Origin: Octopus bimaculoides | Lineage: Eukaryota | Assembly (NCBI RefSeq): GCF_001194135.2 | Contig: NC_068981.1 | Coordinates: 55,305,247-55,369,246 of the forward strand | Length of the DNA: 64,000 bases | Direction: 5' to 3' | Part shown: piece after piece, positions 62,707 to 64,000 of the stretch | How the letters are laid out: each line of letters opens with the position of its first letter | Position numbering within the stretch: the stretch's first letter is position 1 | Program-made: the position numbers and the translations under genes | The notes under the pieces: generated by a model | The model's input: the letters and a program-made list of their open reading frames with translations, nothing else | Databases searched by the model: none | What the model was told of the DNA's origin: nothing

Positions 62707-63744
62707 GGTTGTCTGATTAAATTTATTCTTTACTAAAGATCAGACTCTCAATTTCACTGAATTCAATTCAATTAATTGTACCCCTTTTCTCTTTAAAATT
62801 TAGCTAAATTACAGTATTAGTCTATAGCCCAACTGATTTATCTGAGTCACTGATACATTTTACTATTGTGTTATTTCATCCATATGAGAAATTTATAATA
62901 GCAACAGACCAGCTTGTCATAAGGTCAAATGTTAACTGGGTTTGACAAGCAGACATGCCATATGGTTTCAAGTTTACTCTGTAGCTAATTTCAGCAAAAT
63001 AGTGTGTATTTAACTAAATTATATGCATAAATAGTGTCTATTTATTACAAGGTCACAATCTTTTAGTAAGTCAATAAAAATTCAGTATTTGATTTGAGCA
63101 TATTTTATGTAGTCATATTTTATGTAGTCATGTAATATCTGTCTGAGTATTGATATCAACTATAAACAGGTAGAAGTAGAAACATAAATAGGGAGAATAG
63201 TATTAACAGAAGATGAAGGAGGACTGAAATACAGAAAATTCAAAACTACCCTGAATTCCTGAGATTAACATGACCAGCAAAAAGTTTAATAGAAAACATC
63301 TTCGCATGTCTCAAAAAAGATTTGGAAGGTTGGACAATGACACCAAGACACTCAAGTGAATTAGTGTCAATTAGGAACAGTAGAAAGTGACAAAATAAGT
63401 AATAGTGACTCAGAAGTACATACAACTGAGCTAAATTGCAGTAGAATAGAAAAACATATGTCAAACCAATCTGGAAGAAATAATCCAAATTTCAACTAAA
63501 ATAAAATGTCAACATAATTTGTGTTGTTCCTACAAAAACAAGAATCACTGCTATCAGAGAGAAAGATAGCATATAGTATGCATAGACATTGGCATGGCTG
63601 CATGGTTAAGAAGTTTCTTTCATACCTACATAGTTCCAGGTACCATAGACAAGTGTCTTCTACAATAATATCCTTGAGTTGACCACTTCATGAATAGATT
63701 TGGGGGAAACTATGCAGAAACCCATTGCATATATATATGTGCAT

Positions 63745-64000
63745 GTGTGTATCATCATCATCATCATCATCGTTTAACGTCCGCTTTCCATGCTAGCATG
63801 GGTTGGACGATTTGACTGAGGACTGGTGAAACCGGATGGCAACACCAGGCTCCAGTCTAATTTGGCAGAGTTTCTACAGCTGGATGCCCTTCCTAACGCC
63901 AACCACTCAGAGAGTGTAGTGGGTGCTTTTACGTGTCACCCGCACGAAAACGGCCACGCTCGAAATGGTGTCTTTTATGTGCCACCCGCACAAGCCAGTC
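63745..64000 (-). mobile_element. Young RTE 3' UTR running off the window
   Basis: Near-perfect reverse complement of 3305-3555, with CpGs retained. Confidence 0.9.

Noticed and set aside
1-64000. CRISPR arrays, prokaryotic operons or defence systems
   Set aside because: The window is eukaryotic intron-exon DNA; recurring sequences are dispersed retroposon ends, not regularly spaced repeat-spacer units.

Overview
AT-rich, repeat-dense eukaryotic DNA with three N gaps (2347-3231, 6993-7510, 10165-10174). The SINE/LINE content points to an octopus (coleoid cephalopod) assembly; this is inferred from repeat recognition, not from a search. The only recognisable host gene is the peregrin/BRPF1 orthologue on the minus strand. 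Five coding exons can be joined by hand with GT-AG sites and consistent phases (42157-41513, 33476-32620, 17259-17106, 5848-5717, 1785-1657; 1917 nt, 639 aa). They encode a C2H2 finger, EPC-like region, PHD-Zn knuckle-PHD (PZP) and the start of the bromodomain, and the gene continues off the left edge. A CpG-richer region near 53.6-58 kb with ETS and NRF1-like motifs is the likely promoter and may be bidirectional. Introns contain RTE, Dong/R4 and CR1-like LINE fragments, tRNA-derived SINEs, a Ty3/Gypsy relic split by a piggyBac at TTAA, and mariner, hAT and piggyBac MITEs. The most notable observations are: (1) four copies of a Penelope-type repeat that fold into minimal type I hammerhead ribozymes, arranged as two inverted pairs, with one copy keeping an intact core; (2) a ~940-bp near-perfect palindrome next to the bromodomain exon; (3) a piggyBac-type MITE that appears to have captured 271 bp of nearby host intron; (4) three uORFs over the BRPF1 start codon. 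All alignments, folds and counts were done by eye.
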